NCBI GenBank assembly: GCA_039933105.1
Contig: JBDTOT010000023.1
Location: 115 to 64,114, forward strand
Source: Gammaproteobacteria bacterium
GTDB lineage: Bacteria; Pseudomonadota; Gammaproteobacteria; Steroidobacterales; Rariloculaceae
Length of the DNA stretch: 64,000 nt
Direction of reading: 5' to 3'
A program made the position numbers and the translations under genes. The notes beneath the pieces were generated by a model that was given only the letters and a program-made list of their open reading frames with translations, was not told where the DNA came from and made no database searches. Of this stretch, positions 36,668 to 45,946 are shown one piece after another; position 1 is the stretch's first letter, and the number at the start of each line of letters is the position of its first letter.

Positions 36668-37162
36668 CTAAATGAAAATCATGATGTAGGCCGTGAGTCG
36701 ACCTGTCACGATCGCGCAGAGCCAAAAAACGATCCCGATCGCGGCGATGTTGCGAACGCGTGCCGGCGGCTTGCCACCGGGCCACGTGCTTGCCTTGGCA
36801 AGCTCCGGCTGCAGGATGCCGGCGGTCGCGGCGCCGGCGAACACGAGCACGATTTTCGCGATGAACATGAGGTCCGTGGCGAACATCGTAGCCTGCGCCA
36901 CGAACAGCCCCGAGCCCGACAATGTGTTGATGAGGAAGCCGACCCAGGCGACCGGCAGCAGCTTCTGCAGCGACTCGTACGGAATGCCGTCGAATCGGCC
37001 GAGTAGCCGCAGATCCACGATCACGCACAGGCCGACCATGATCGCCATGCCGATGGCGTGGAGCGTGATGACGGTCGGATAGCCTTCGCTCGACATCCGA
37101 ACCCATTCGGCGAGCTTGCTCGCCTCTAACCAAGCAAAGAATGCCACGCGAAGTTCCCCCAA
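36668..37162 (-). CDS. 4-TM membrane protein, tandem paralogue A
   Basis: 164 aa with a TTG start (start uncertain). Paralogous to 36164-36655, with a 12-nt intergenic gap. Confidence 0.65.
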   Translation of the reverse strand: MGELRVAFFAWLEASKLAEWVRMSSEGYPTVITLHAIGMAIMVGLCVIVDLRLLGRFDGIPYESLQKLLPVAWVGFLINTLSGSGLFVAQATMFATDLMFIAKIVLVFAGAATAGILQPELAKASTWPGGKPPARVRNIAAIGIVFWLCAIVTGRLTAYIMIFI

Positions 37163-37313
37163 CGATTGAATTCGTTGTTATCCGGTCAGCGTAGCTGCAA
37201 CTTGCGGCGGCTGTCCACTCAGGAAGTCCTTATGACAGGGGGTGGCCTGACCATGCCTCGGCTCGCGTGCGCGGTTGCCAATGCCGCGCGGCGTCGCCTA
37301 TAGTCGGCCGCCG

Positions 37314-38714
37314 ATGGCCTCTGAACAAAAGAACAACGATTCGGGGCTCGCACGACTCGGTCTAAAGCTCTCGGACTGGTTCGAGAAGTGGTTTCCCGAT
37401 GCGTTTGCGCTCGCGCTCGCGGCCGTTGCGATCGTGTTCGTGGCTACGCTATTCGCCGGCTCTTCGCCCTTGGACTCCGCGCAGCGGTTTGGCGCTGGGT
37501 TCTGGGACCTGATCACGTTCACGTTGCAGATGTCGATGATCGTGGTGACGGGCTATGCCGTCGCGACGGCGCCGCCCGTGTATCGCGTGATCCGCGCTCT
37601 CGCCGCGTGGCCCACGACCGGCCCCGGCGCAGCTGCCTACGTCGGTTTGTTCTCGATGCTGACGTCACTCGTCTCGTGGAGTTTCAGCCTGATCTTCAGC
37701 GCGCTGCTCGCGCGCGAAATCGCCCACCGGGTGCGCGGTGCGGACTACAGAGCGATTGGGGCCGCGGCATACCTCGGTGTCGGCAGTGTGTGGGCGCTCG
37801 GCTTGTCGTCATCGGCCGCGTTGATCATGGCGTCGCCGGCGTCGTTGCCTGAGGCGGTCAAGCGAATTAGCGGCGTGCTGCCGCTCTCGCAGACGCTCGG
37901 GCTTTGGCAGAGCCTGTTGATCGCCGCGTCGCTGATTCTCGTATCGATGGCCGTCGCCTTCTACTCGGCCCCGAGTGCGGCGCAAGCGCGCACGATGCAG
38001 GACATGGGCGTCACCTATGCGCCCGCGACGCACGACATCGGCAAGCGCGCGACGCCGGGCGAGTGGCTCGAGTACAGCCCGCTGCTGACGATCGTGCTGT
38101 GCGTGCTCGGCTTCGGTTATCTGCTGCGCGAGGTGCTGGCGAGCGGCCCGGCCGTGTTGCTTCAGCTCGATCATTATCTTTTCCTATTCCTCGTGGTCGG
38201 CCTGCTGCTGCACTGGCGACCGAAGTCGTTCGTGCAGGCCATCTCGGCGTCCGTCACACCGGTCGGCGGCGTGATGATCCAGTACCCGATGTACGCCGGT
38301 ATCGTGCGCATGCTGACCGAGTCCGGCCTTGCGAAGAGCATGTCGGATTTTTTCGTCTCCATCGCGAACCAGCACACGTATCCCGTGCTCGTCGGCATCT
38401 ATTCGGCGGTGCTGGGCATCTTCATTCCGTCGGCCGGCGGTAAGTGGCTGATCGAAGCGCCGTACCTGCTGGGTGCCGCGAAAGATTTGAACGTGCATCT
38501 CGGCTGGGTGGTGCAGACGTACAACGCCACAGAAGCCCTTGCGAATCTGATCCATCCGTTCTGGATGCTGCCGCTCGTCGGTATTCTCGGGCTCAAGGCC
38601 CGCGACATCGTCGGCTACTCGATGCTGCAGTTCGTCGTGCACGTCCCGATCGTGCTGCTGCTCGTCTGGTTGCTGAACTACACGCTGCAATACGTGGCGC
38701 CGGTGCTGCCGTAG
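37314..38714 (+). CDS. short-chain fatty acid transporter (AtoE family)
   Basis: 466 aa from ATG 37314. FEKWFPDAFALAL and the polytopic layout are colinear with E. coli AtoE by eye. Confidence 0.85.
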   Translation: MASEQKNNDSGLARLGLKLSDWFEKWFPDAFALALAAVAIVFVATLFAGSSPLDSAQRFGAGFWDLITFTLQMSMIVVTGYAVATAPPVYRVIRALAAWPTTGPGAAAYVGLFSMLTSLVSWSFSLIFSALLAREIAHRVRGADYRAIGAAAYLGVGSVWALGLSSSAALIMASPASLPEAVKRISGVLPLSQTLGLWQSLLIAASLILVSMAVAFYSAPSAAQARTMQDMGVTYAPATHDIGKRATPGEWLEYSPLLTIVLCVLGFGYLLREVLASGPAVLLQLDHYLFLFLVVGLLLHWRPKSFVQAISASVTPVGGVMIQYPMYAGIVRMLTESGLAKSMSDFFVSIANQHTYPVLVGIYSAVLGIFIPSAGGKWLIEAPYLLGAAKDLNVHLGWVVQTYNATEALANLIHPFWMLPLVGILGLKARDIVGYSMLQFVVHVPIVLLLVWLLNYTLQYVAPVLP

Positions 38715-38719
38715 CGGCC

Positions 38720-39391
38720 ATGCCGGGGTTCTCGTCGCCGCACGACCGTTGGTTCTACAGCGGTATGGCGACGTTGCTCGCCGGCGTAATTGTCGCGGGC
38801 TTCGTGCCGACGTTTTTTGCTCGCGGCGCGTACCCCGAGTTGCCGCCGCTGCCGATACCCGCGTTGCTGCACGGTGTCGCGGGCACACTGTGGCTGATGC
38901 TGTTCGTGGCGCAAGCTTGGCTCGTAACCGCCGAGAGGCGCGACTGGCATCGGCGACTCGGCGCGTGCGGTGCCGTCCTCGGCATGTTGTTCGTATCGAG
39001 CGCCGCGCGCGTTATCGCAAACGTCGAAAGCAGTCATTCCTATGACTCGCTGGGCACACTCTTTGCGCACGTGTATGCGAACGGAGCGCCGACAGCGGCG
39101 TTCGGCGTGCTGGTTGCCGCGGGTATAGCGCAGCGCCGCGTGGCGGCCCGTCACAAGCGCTTCATGCTGCTGGCGGCCATCGCATTGCTGCCGCCAGGCA
39201 CGGGCCGCTTGTTCGGCCATTTCGGCTTGTCGTTCTTGAACGTGCCCGTGTACTTGTGCGTGCTGTTCTTCAACGCACTGTACGACGCGTTCGTCCATCG
39301 GCGCGTGCATCCGGTGTCGTGGATCGGAGGCGCAGCGCTGGCGGCGATCGAGATCAGCACCGACGCGTGGCTCCACGCAGTCGGTTCGTAG
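38720..39391 (+). CDS. polytopic membrane protein, paralogue of 6663-7334
   Basis: 223 aa from an ATG 5 nt after the atoE-like stop. It shares GFVPTFF, LHGVAGTLW and RH--LG type motifs with 6663-7334. Confidence 0.65.
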   Translation: MPGFSSPHDRWFYSGMATLLAGVIVAGFVPTFFARGAYPELPPLPIPALLHGVAGTLWLMLFVAQAWLVTAERRDWHRRLGACGAVLGMLFVSSAARVIANVESSHSYDSLGTLFAHVYANGAPTAAFGVLVAAGIAQRRVAARHKRFMLLAAIALLPPGTGRLFGHFGLSFLNVPVYLCVLFFNALYDAFVHRRVHPVSWIGGAALAAIEISTDAWLHAVGS

Positions 39392-39398
39392 TCGCGCG

Positions 39399-40238
39399 TC
39401 AGCGTGCCGCCGGCTGGCAGCGCCATGTCGCGGCGCCATCGCGATCCAGTTCCTTCGCGAGCCAGGGCAACGCTACTGCAAGCTCGTCGTCGAGCTGCCA
39501 TGGCGGGTTTACGACGAACATGCTGCTGCCGAACAAGCCGCCGTCTCGCGTCTCGCCCGCTACGCAAAGCTCGTACGTCGACAGCGGCGCGAGCCCAGTG
39601 GCACGCAGCGCGCGCTCGAACTTGTCCGCCGCGCGCCGGTCGATGATCGGGTGCCAGATTGCGATCACGCCGGTCGCGAAGCGTTGATGCGCTTGCACAA
39701 TGGCGTTCACGACGTCGCGCGCCTCCTCGGTGCGTTCGTACGACGGATCGATCAACAGCAGCCCACGTCGTTCCAGCGGCGGTACCAACGCGACGCAGCC
39801 CTTGAGCCCGTCCTCGCGTAGCACTTTGACGTTGCGAACTCGAGCGAAATCGTGCGCGAGCTTCCGATGCTCCGCCGGGTGTAACTCGAACAGGTGCAGG
39901 CGATCGTCGGCGCGCAGACTCTCGTGCGCGAGCCAGGGCGATCCTGGATAGCGGCGTAGCGGTCCCTCGCCGTTGTAGCGGTAAGCGAGCTCCAGCAGCC
40001 GCGCCACGGCGGGCGGTGCGTCGGGCGCCAACCAGATGCGGCCGATGCCGCCGGCATGCTCGCGGTTGCGTTGCGCTTGCGGCGCGTTCATGTCGTAGCC
40101 GCCCGCGCCCGCATGCGTGTCGATATAGCACAGCGGTTTGTCCTTCGCGACGAGCCGCGCAACGATCGCGGTCAACACCGTGTGCTTCAGCACGTCGGCG
40201 TGATTGCCCGCGTGAAATCCGTGCAGATAACTCAGCAT
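39399..40238 (-). CDS. rlmJ: 23S rRNA (adenine2030-N6)-methyltransferase RlmJ
   Basis: The N-terminus MLSYLHGFHAGNHADVLKHTVL is nearly identical to E. coli RlmJ, and the length (279 aa) fits. Confidence 0.9.
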   Translation of the reverse strand: MLSYLHGFHAGNHADVLKHTVLTAIVARLVAKDKPLCYIDTHAGAGGYDMNAPQAQRNREHAGGIGRIWLAPDAPPAVARLLELAYRYNGEGPLRRYPGSPWLAHESLRADDRLHLFELHPAEHRKLAHDFARVRNVKVLREDGLKGCVALVPPLERRGLLLIDPSYERTEEARDVVNAIVQAHQRFATGVIAIWHPIIDRRAADKFERALRATGLAPLSTYELCVAGETRDGGLFGSSMFVVNPPWQLDDELAVALPWLAKELDRDGAATWRCQPAAR

Positions 40239-40399
40239 GCGTGGCGACGAAGAGGCGTTGATGTCGCGCGAGATACTGACATTCGCGCCGCGCGGACGCC
40301 ACGACGTAACGCCGAGAGATTGTCCGGACGCCCGGGCGGCGATGGGTGCGGGCCGATGCTATAGTGACAGCACTTCACTGCCACGTTGAGCTTTCGACA

Positions 40400-41857
40400 A
40401 TGAGCTACATCGGTGGCCGCGACGCCGAGCGGCCTGCCCCGGACCGCCTTCTTACCGACATCGCGGATTACGTCCTTCACGCTCCCACTGACAGCGCGGA
40501 AGCGCGACGCATTGCGCGTTACTGCCTTATGGATACGCTGGGCTGCGGAATGCTGGCCCTCGGTTACCCGGCCTGCACGAAGCTGCTCGGCCCTGTGGTA
40601 CCCGGTGCGGACATGAAAGGCGGCGCGCGCGTGCCGGGCACCGGGTACGAGCTCGACCCCGTGATGGCCGCGTTCAACATCGGGGCACTCGTTCGCTGGC
40701 TCGATTTCAACGACACGTGGCTCGCGGCCGAGTGGGGCCACCCCTCCGACAACTTGGGCGCAATCCTCGCCGTCGCCGACTATCTCGGCCGGAAGCGCGT
40801 CGCGGCCGGGCAGCACGCGTTGAAGATGGCCGACGTGTTGACGGCCATGATCAAGGCGCACGAGATCCAAGGCGTGCTCGCGCTCAATCACAGTTTCAAC
40901 CGCGTGGGCCTCGACCACGTGCTGCTCGTGCGTGTGGCGAGCACCGCAGTGGCAACACAAATGCTGGGCGGCAGTCGTGAGGAGGTGGTGAACGCCGTCT
41001 CGAACGCGTGGCTCGATGGCGGTGCGCTGCGCACCTATCGGCACGCGCCGAATACCGGCTCGCGCAAGAGCTGGGCCGCGGGCGATGCGACGAGCCGCGG
41101 CGTTCGGCACGCGCTGTTCGCTTTGGCGGGGGAGATGGGTTATCCGTCGGCCCTGACCGCGAAGGCGTGGGGTTTTCAGGACGTGCTGTTCAAAGGCCAG
41201 TCGATCGCGCTCGAGCGGCCGCTCACCTCATACGTCATGGAGAACGTGCTTTTCAAAATCTCCTTCCCGGCCGAATTCCACGCGCAGACTGCGGTCGAGG
41301 CGGCGCTGAAGCTGCACGAGAGCGTAGCGGGGCGGCTCGATCGCGTATCCAAAGTGCTGATCGAGACTCAGGAGGCCGGCGTGCGAATCATCGACAAGAC
41401 CGGACCGCTTGCAAACCCGGCCGATCGGGATCATTGCCTCCAATACATGGTGGCCGTGCCGCTGATCTTCGGACGGCTCACGGCGGACGACTACGAAGAC
41501 GACGTCGCGTGCGATCCGCGCATCGACGCGCTGCGCGCGAAGATGGTCGTGGTGGAAAACAAAACGTTCAGCAGCGACTACCTCGATCCCGACAAACGCG
41601 CGATCGGCAACGCCATTCAAGTGGAGTTCGCCGATGGTACGAAGACGGAGCGAATTGCGGTCGACTATCCAATCGGTCATCGCCGCCGCCGTGACGAAGG
41701 CATTCCGAAGCTGGTAGAAAAATTCGAGCTGAGTCTCGCGACGCGGTTCACGCCGGAGCGGGCCGCAGGGATTCTGCTTGCGTGCGCCGACCAGCAGCGT
41801 TTCGAGGCGTTACCGGTGTCCGATTTCATGGCGCTTTGGGTGCAAAACCACGCATGA
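40400..41857 (+). CDS. prpD: 2-methylcitrate dehydratase
   Basis: 485 aa, colinear with E. coli PrpD ([73 protein letters not shown]). Confidence 0.9.
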   Translation: MSYIGGRDAERPAPDRLLTDIADYVLHAPTDSAEARRIARYCLMDTLGCGMLALGYPACTKLLGPVVPGADMKGGARVPGTGYELDPVMAAFNIGALVRWLDFNDTWLAAEWGHPSDNLGAILAVADYLGRKRVAAGQHALKMADVLTAMIKAHEIQGVLALNHSFNRVGLDHVLLVRVASTAVATQMLGGSREEVVNAVSNAWLDGGALRTYRHAPNTGSRKSWAAGDATSRGVRHALFALAGEMGYPSALTAKAWGFQDVLFKGQSIALERPLTSYVMENVLFKISFPAEFHAQTAVEAALKLHESVAGRLDRVSKVLIETQEAGVRIIDKTGPLANPADRDHCLQYMVAVPLIFGRLTADDYEDDVACDPRIDALRAKMVVVENKTFSSDYLDPDKRAIGNAIQVEFADGTKTERIAVDYPIGHRRRRDEGIPKLVEKFELSLATRFTPERAAGILLACADQQRFEALPVSDFMALWVQNHA

Positions 41858-42756
41858 GCCAAGGTAAGAAATTTCGCGCGGCGGTTGCACGTCACGCGCC
41901 GCTCCAGATTCCGGGCGCCATCAACGCGTACTCCGCATTGCTCGCGGAGCGCGCCGGGTTCAAGGCGCTCTACCTCTCCGGCGCAGGCGTCGCAAATGCC
42001 TCGTTCGGGTTGCCGGACTTGGGCGTCACTGCGCTCGGGGATGTGATCGAGGACGCGCGCAGGATCACGGCTGCCACTGATCTGCCGCTGCTCGTGGACG
42101 TCGATACGGGTTTTGGCAGTGCGTTCAACATTGCGAGAACCGTGCGCGAGATGGAACGCGCCGGCGTCGCGGCGATCCACATCGAAGACCAGGAGCAGGC
42201 GAAGCGCTGCGGCCACCGGCCGAACAAAGCGACGGTGTCGACTGCCGAGATGTGCGATCGCCTCAAGGCCGCCGTCGATGCGCGTCGCGACGCGAAGTTC
42301 GTGATCATGGCGCGGACCGACGCGTTAGCGCGCGAAGGCCGAAAAGCCGCGCTCGAGCGCACGGCTGCTTACGTCGAGGCCGGCGCGGACATGATCTTCG
42401 CAGAAGCGCTCTACACGCTCGAGGACTATGCGGCCTTCACGCGCGCGATCCACGTACCAGTGCTCGCGAATCTCACGGAGTTCGGATTGACGCCGTACTT
42501 CAGCGTGGCCGAGCTCGCGCGGGCCGGTATCAAGATGGTGCTGTATCCGCTCACGGCGTTTCGCGCGATGAGCCGCGCAGCGGAACTTGTCTACACCGCG
42601 GTGCGCGAGCACGGAACGCAGCGCGAAGTGCTCGATATTCTGCAAACACGCGAAGAGCTCTACGCCGTGCTGAAGTACTACGACTTCGAGCGCAAGCTCG
42701 ACGAGCTATACGCGAAGACGGCCACGAAGCCGCGCCGCGCGCGCAAGAAGCGCTAA
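41854..42756 (+). CDS. prpB: methylisocitrate lyase
   Basis: ATG overlaps the prpD stop (ATGA). [41 protein letters not shown] and [11 protein letters not shown] match PrpB. Confidence 0.9.
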   Translation: MSQGKKFRAAVARHAPLQIPGAINAYSALLAERAGFKALYLSGAGVANASFGLPDLGVTALGDVIEDARRITAATDLPLLVDVDTGFGSAFNIARTVREMERAGVAAIHIEDQEQAKRCGHRPNKATVSTAEMCDRLKAAVDARRDAKFVIMARTDALAREGRKAALERTAAYVEAGADMIFAEALYTLEDYAAFTRAIHVPVLANLTEFGLTPYFSVAELARAGIKMVLYPLTAFRAMSRAAELVYTAVREHGTQREVLDILQTREELYAVLKYYDFERKLDELYAKTATKPRRARKKR

Positions 42757-42775
42757 CGGATCAAGAAGGCGTTTG

Positions 42776-44740
42776 TCAGCCGCCGCGGCGGGTGGCGGAC
42801 TTGCGGCGATCGCTCGGCGGCGCACTCGAATCGTCGATCAGCTCCAGCGGCGCATCCGGACCGAGATTGAACAAGTCCATGAGGTCGTCCTCCGGCGGCG
42901 CGGCCTGCGGCGGCGTGCTGGCTTCGGGCGCGAAGGCTTCCGACTCTTCACTCTCACCGCTGGAGGAGGCGAGCGCCGCGCTCAGGAAGTCGAGATCCGC
43001 TTCACCGAACAGTGTCTCGGCCATCGAGTCGCTGACGTCGTCGATCGACTTGGCCATCGAGATCGCGCGCATCGTCTGCGTTTGATGTAGCTGATCGGAA
43101 TCCTCTTCCATGTCTGCTGCGGGTACCGGCGGCGGCGCACTCGGCAGCGGCGCCTTCGGCTCCAGCAAGCGGCGAAACGGTGGGAGCGGCGCGGTGGCTT
43201 CGGCACGTGGGGGCGGCGGCGTGGCGCGGCGCGGCGCCGGCGCCGCGGTGGCGCGGGCGGCGGCCGGGGGCGTCACGATCGTCTTGGCGACGGGCGCAGC
43301 CGGCAGCGGAGCGCGTGTGCGCGGCACGATGTCTTCGACGGCGTCCGTCAGCACGGGGAAGTCGAAGCTCGAAACGTCGGGAATGTCGGTCGCAGTTGCG
43401 TCGAAATCGGGCAAGGCCGGCCGCGGTGCAGCGGGTTTCGTGAGCGCCGCGTTCTGCGGCGGCGCGATCGCGGCCGTTGGCGTCGGAGCGGGCCGCGGAG
43501 CTGCCATCGGCGCCGTCTGCATGACCACGGGTGGCGGCACCGGTGAGGCGGCCACCACCGGCGCGGGTGCCGGCGGGGGCGTCATGGGAACGGCTACAGT
43601 TGCGGTGGGCGGAGCGGCCTGGGCGACCGGTGCAACGGGTTGTGCCACCACGGGAGCGGGCGCCATTGCCACGGGCGCGGCGGCGGTCGGGTCAGTCGCG
43701 GTGGACGGCTGCGGAGCCGGTGTTGCCAGCGGCGCTGGCGCCACAGGTAAGTCTGCAGCTCGCGGCGCGGCGGACGCGGTTTTCGGAGCGGTCACGACCG
43801 TGGCGGTTTTCACAGGCGTGATGTCGATCGCGACGGACGCGATCGTAACGGTGTTTGTCTTGGTAACCGCAACGGGCGGGACGGGGGCTTCCGCTGGCGT
43901 TGCCTGCGGTGTGGGCGGTGCCACGACTTCTTCGTCGCCGAACATGTCGACGGCGACTTGTGTGATGAGCTCGGGAGTCAGCGCGAGCGTGTTCGTAGCG
44001 GCTGCCGCGGTGAGCGCAGCTTCACACAACGTGTTAGCGAGCCGAGCGACGCCGCCCGTCACGCGATACACCGCGGCCGCCGCACCCGGTGCAAACAGTT
44101 TGTCGAAGGTGCCGCCGACCCGGGTGACGCGGTGACGCAGATACTCGGTGAGCTCCGCGGCCGAAAACGGCTCTAGGCGTTGGCGTAGTCGAATCCGCTG
44201 ACGCAGCGATTCCAGCGACGGCGAGCCGAGGAATCCGGCCAAACCTTGATGTCCGAGCAGTACGACGTTGGCGCCTGGGCTGCCGCTCGCGTCGGCGCCA
44301 GTCACCGCGTCCAGTGCGCGCAGCACTTCCGGCGCGAGCTCTTCCGTGCGCTCGGCGACGACGAATACGCGCGTGTCCGTCGCGCTCATCTCTTCCAGAT
44401 ACTGGCGCCACATCTGCACTCGCTCGATGCGCGATGCGCGATGCGCGTTGATGCCGAGTTCGACGAGCAACAGCTCGAGCATTTCATTGGCGTTGGTGGG
44501 CATCGAGCTCAGCCGGGCCAGCGCTAAGCGCGTGCTGATCGAACGGATGGCTGCGAGGGCAAGCGTGGTCTTGCCGATGCCCGGAGGGCCGGAGAATGTG
44601 GCGACCGAATCCGACGCAGCGAGCGCGAGCTTGGCCTTGTCGATGATCGTGCTCTGGCGAGTACCGCGAAAGACGTCGACCTCCTGCGCTATGCCGGTGT
44701 CGAACGGTCGTCCTCGCAAGCCGAAATGAGCTTCGTACAT
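42776..44740 (-). CDS. ExeA/GspA-like AAA ATPase with long Pro/Ala-rich tail
   Basis: Starts MYEAHFGLRGRPF (ExeA-type start) with Walker A GPPGIGKT. About 270 aa are ordered. These are followed by roughly 350 aa of P/A/T/V-rich low-complexity sequence and an acidic C-terminus. The track ORF's extension to 45043 is rejected. Confidence 0.7.
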   Translation of the reverse strand: MYEAHFGLRGRPFDTGIAQEVDVFRGTRQSTIIDKAKLALAASDSVATFSGPPGIGKTTLALAAIRSISTRLALARLSSMPTNANEMLELLLVELGINAHRASRIERVQMWRQYLEEMSATDTRVFVVAERTEELAPEVLRALDAVTGADASGSPGANVVLLGHQGLAGFLGSPSLESLRQRIRLRQRLEPFSAAELTEYLRHRVTRVGGTFDKLFAPGAAAAVYRVTGGVARLANTLCEAALTAAAATNTLALTPELITQVAVDMFGDEEVVAPPTPQATPAEAPVPPVAVTKTNTVTIASVAIDITPVKTATVVTAPKTASAAPRAADLPVAPAPLATPAPQPSTATDPTAAAPVAMAPAPVVAQPVAPVAQAAPPTATVAVPMTPPPAPAPVVAASPVPPPVVMQTAPMAAPRPAPTPTAAIAPPQNAALTKPAAPRPALPDFDATATDIPDVSSFDFPVLTDAVEDIVPRTRAPLPAAPVAKTIVTPPAAARATAAPAPRRATPPPPRAEATAPLPPFRRLLEPKAPLPSAPPPVPAADMEEDSDQLHQTQTMRAISMAKSIDDVSDSMAETLFGEADLDFLSAALASSSGESEESEAFAPEASTPPQAAPPEDDLMDLFNLGPDAPLELIDDSSAPPSDRRKSATRRGG

Positions 44741-44915
44741 CGCGACGCTAGCCCCACGAAAACCCCAAGTTGACCGGTAGTCTGCCGGGCCGAAGAGGCC
44801 ATTTCGTGAAACCAGGTCACAACTTATGCAAAACCCCGTACCCGTATTCCAGGCGCGAACGGGTCCTATATAGTGCGGGGGAGGCGGCGCGTCAGGCCGC
44901 AGGAGCGCGGGCCGC

Positions 44916-45464
44916 ATGGCCGTTAGACCGATCCTTCGCCTTGGGCACCCGACGCTGCGCGAAATCGCAGCGCCGATACAGGCGTTCGACACGCCCGAGC
45001 TGCATGCGCTGGTCGAGGACATGCTGGACACCATGCGTGCCAACGACGGCGCCGGCCTCGCCGCGATCCAGATCGGCGTGCTCCAGCGTGTCGTGATCTT
45101 CGGTCTCGACTATAGCCCCCGTTATCCGAACGCCGAGCCGGTGCCTCTGACCGTACTCGTGAACCCAGAGATCGAGCCCATCGGCACCGAGCGCACCCCC
45201 GGTTGGGAGGGCTGTCTCAGCGTGCCGGGCATGCGCGGGCTAGTGCCGCGTTACCACGAGATCCGCTACCGCGGATTCGATCAGTTCGGCCAGCCTGTCG
45301 AGCGCACGGTCACCGACTTCCACGCGCGCGTCGTGCAGCACGAGTGCGATCACCTCGACGGTATTCTCTATCCGCAACGTATCGAAGACATGCGCCAGTT
45401 CGGATTCACGGACGAGTTGCTCGCGAGCGGCACATTGCCGATAGCCGCAGCGGCCGCTGACTAG
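44916..45464 (+). CDS. def: peptide deformylase
   Basis: 182 aa with the three PDF motifs: GAGLAAIQIG, EGCLSVPG, QHECDHLDG. Confidence 0.9.
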   Translation: MAVRPILRLGHPTLREIAAPIQAFDTPELHALVEDMLDTMRANDGAGLAAIQIGVLQRVVIFGLDYSPRYPNAEPVPLTVLVNPEIEPIGTERTPGWEGCLSVPGMRGLVPRYHEIRYRGFDQFGQPVERTVTDFHARVVQHECDHLDGILYPQRIEDMRQFGFTDELLASGTLPIAAAAAD

Positions 45465-45465
45465 A

Positions 45466-45906
45466 ATGCACGTCGATCGTTCACCCACCGGTCGTGTGGC
45501 GGCCGTGGCCTTCCTGACTGCGGTGTGCGCGCTCGCCGGCATCGTTGCTCTGGCGCAAACGGAGCCGCGCACGCTGCGCGACGGCGTGTTCTCGGCCGCT
45601 CAAGCCGCGCGCGGACAGCGCATCTTCAAGTCGATCTGCGTGGATTGTCACGAGATCGAAGAGTTCACGGGGGCGGGCGCCTACTTGGAAGAACACGACG
45701 GCAAGCCGTTGTGGGACACGTTCGACTTCGTCTCGGAGAACATGCCGGACGACGATCCTGGCTCGCTCAAGCCCGCCGACTACACGGCCGTGCTCGCGTA
45801 CATTTTCAGCGTGTATGGTTTGCCGGCGGGCGACGCTGATTTGCCGGACGACCGCGCGGTGCTCGAAGCGATCACGATCACGCGCCCGGGATCTCCCGGC
45901 GGGTAA
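45466..45906 (+). CDS. membrane-anchored or secreted c-type cytochrome
   Basis: 146 aa with a hydrophobic N-terminus and a single CVDCH haem motif. It starts 2 nt after the def stop. Confidence 0.7.
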   Translation: MHVDRSPTGRVAAVAFLTAVCALAGIVALAQTEPRTLRDGVFSAAQAARGQRIFKSICVDCHEIEEFTGAGAYLEEHDGKPLWDTFDFVSENMPDDDPGSLKPADYTAVLAYIFSVYGLPAGDADLPDDRAVLEAITITRPGSPGG

Positions 45907-45946
45907 CGCCGGTCGACGTCGACAACGGCCATGTTCCGATGCGTGG

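Noticed and set aside
42980-43900. Possible DNA tandem repeat or array in the Pro/Ala-rich region
   Set aside because: I could find no exact repeat unit or spacer periodicity. It reads as a continuous coding low-complexity segment of the ExeA-like gene. It is not a CRISPR array or a VNTR.
44741-45043. Upstream extension of the ExeA-like ORF (755-aa version)
   Set aside because: ExeA-type proteins start MY-EHFGL. The extension has no protein-like features and would run into the def promoter region.
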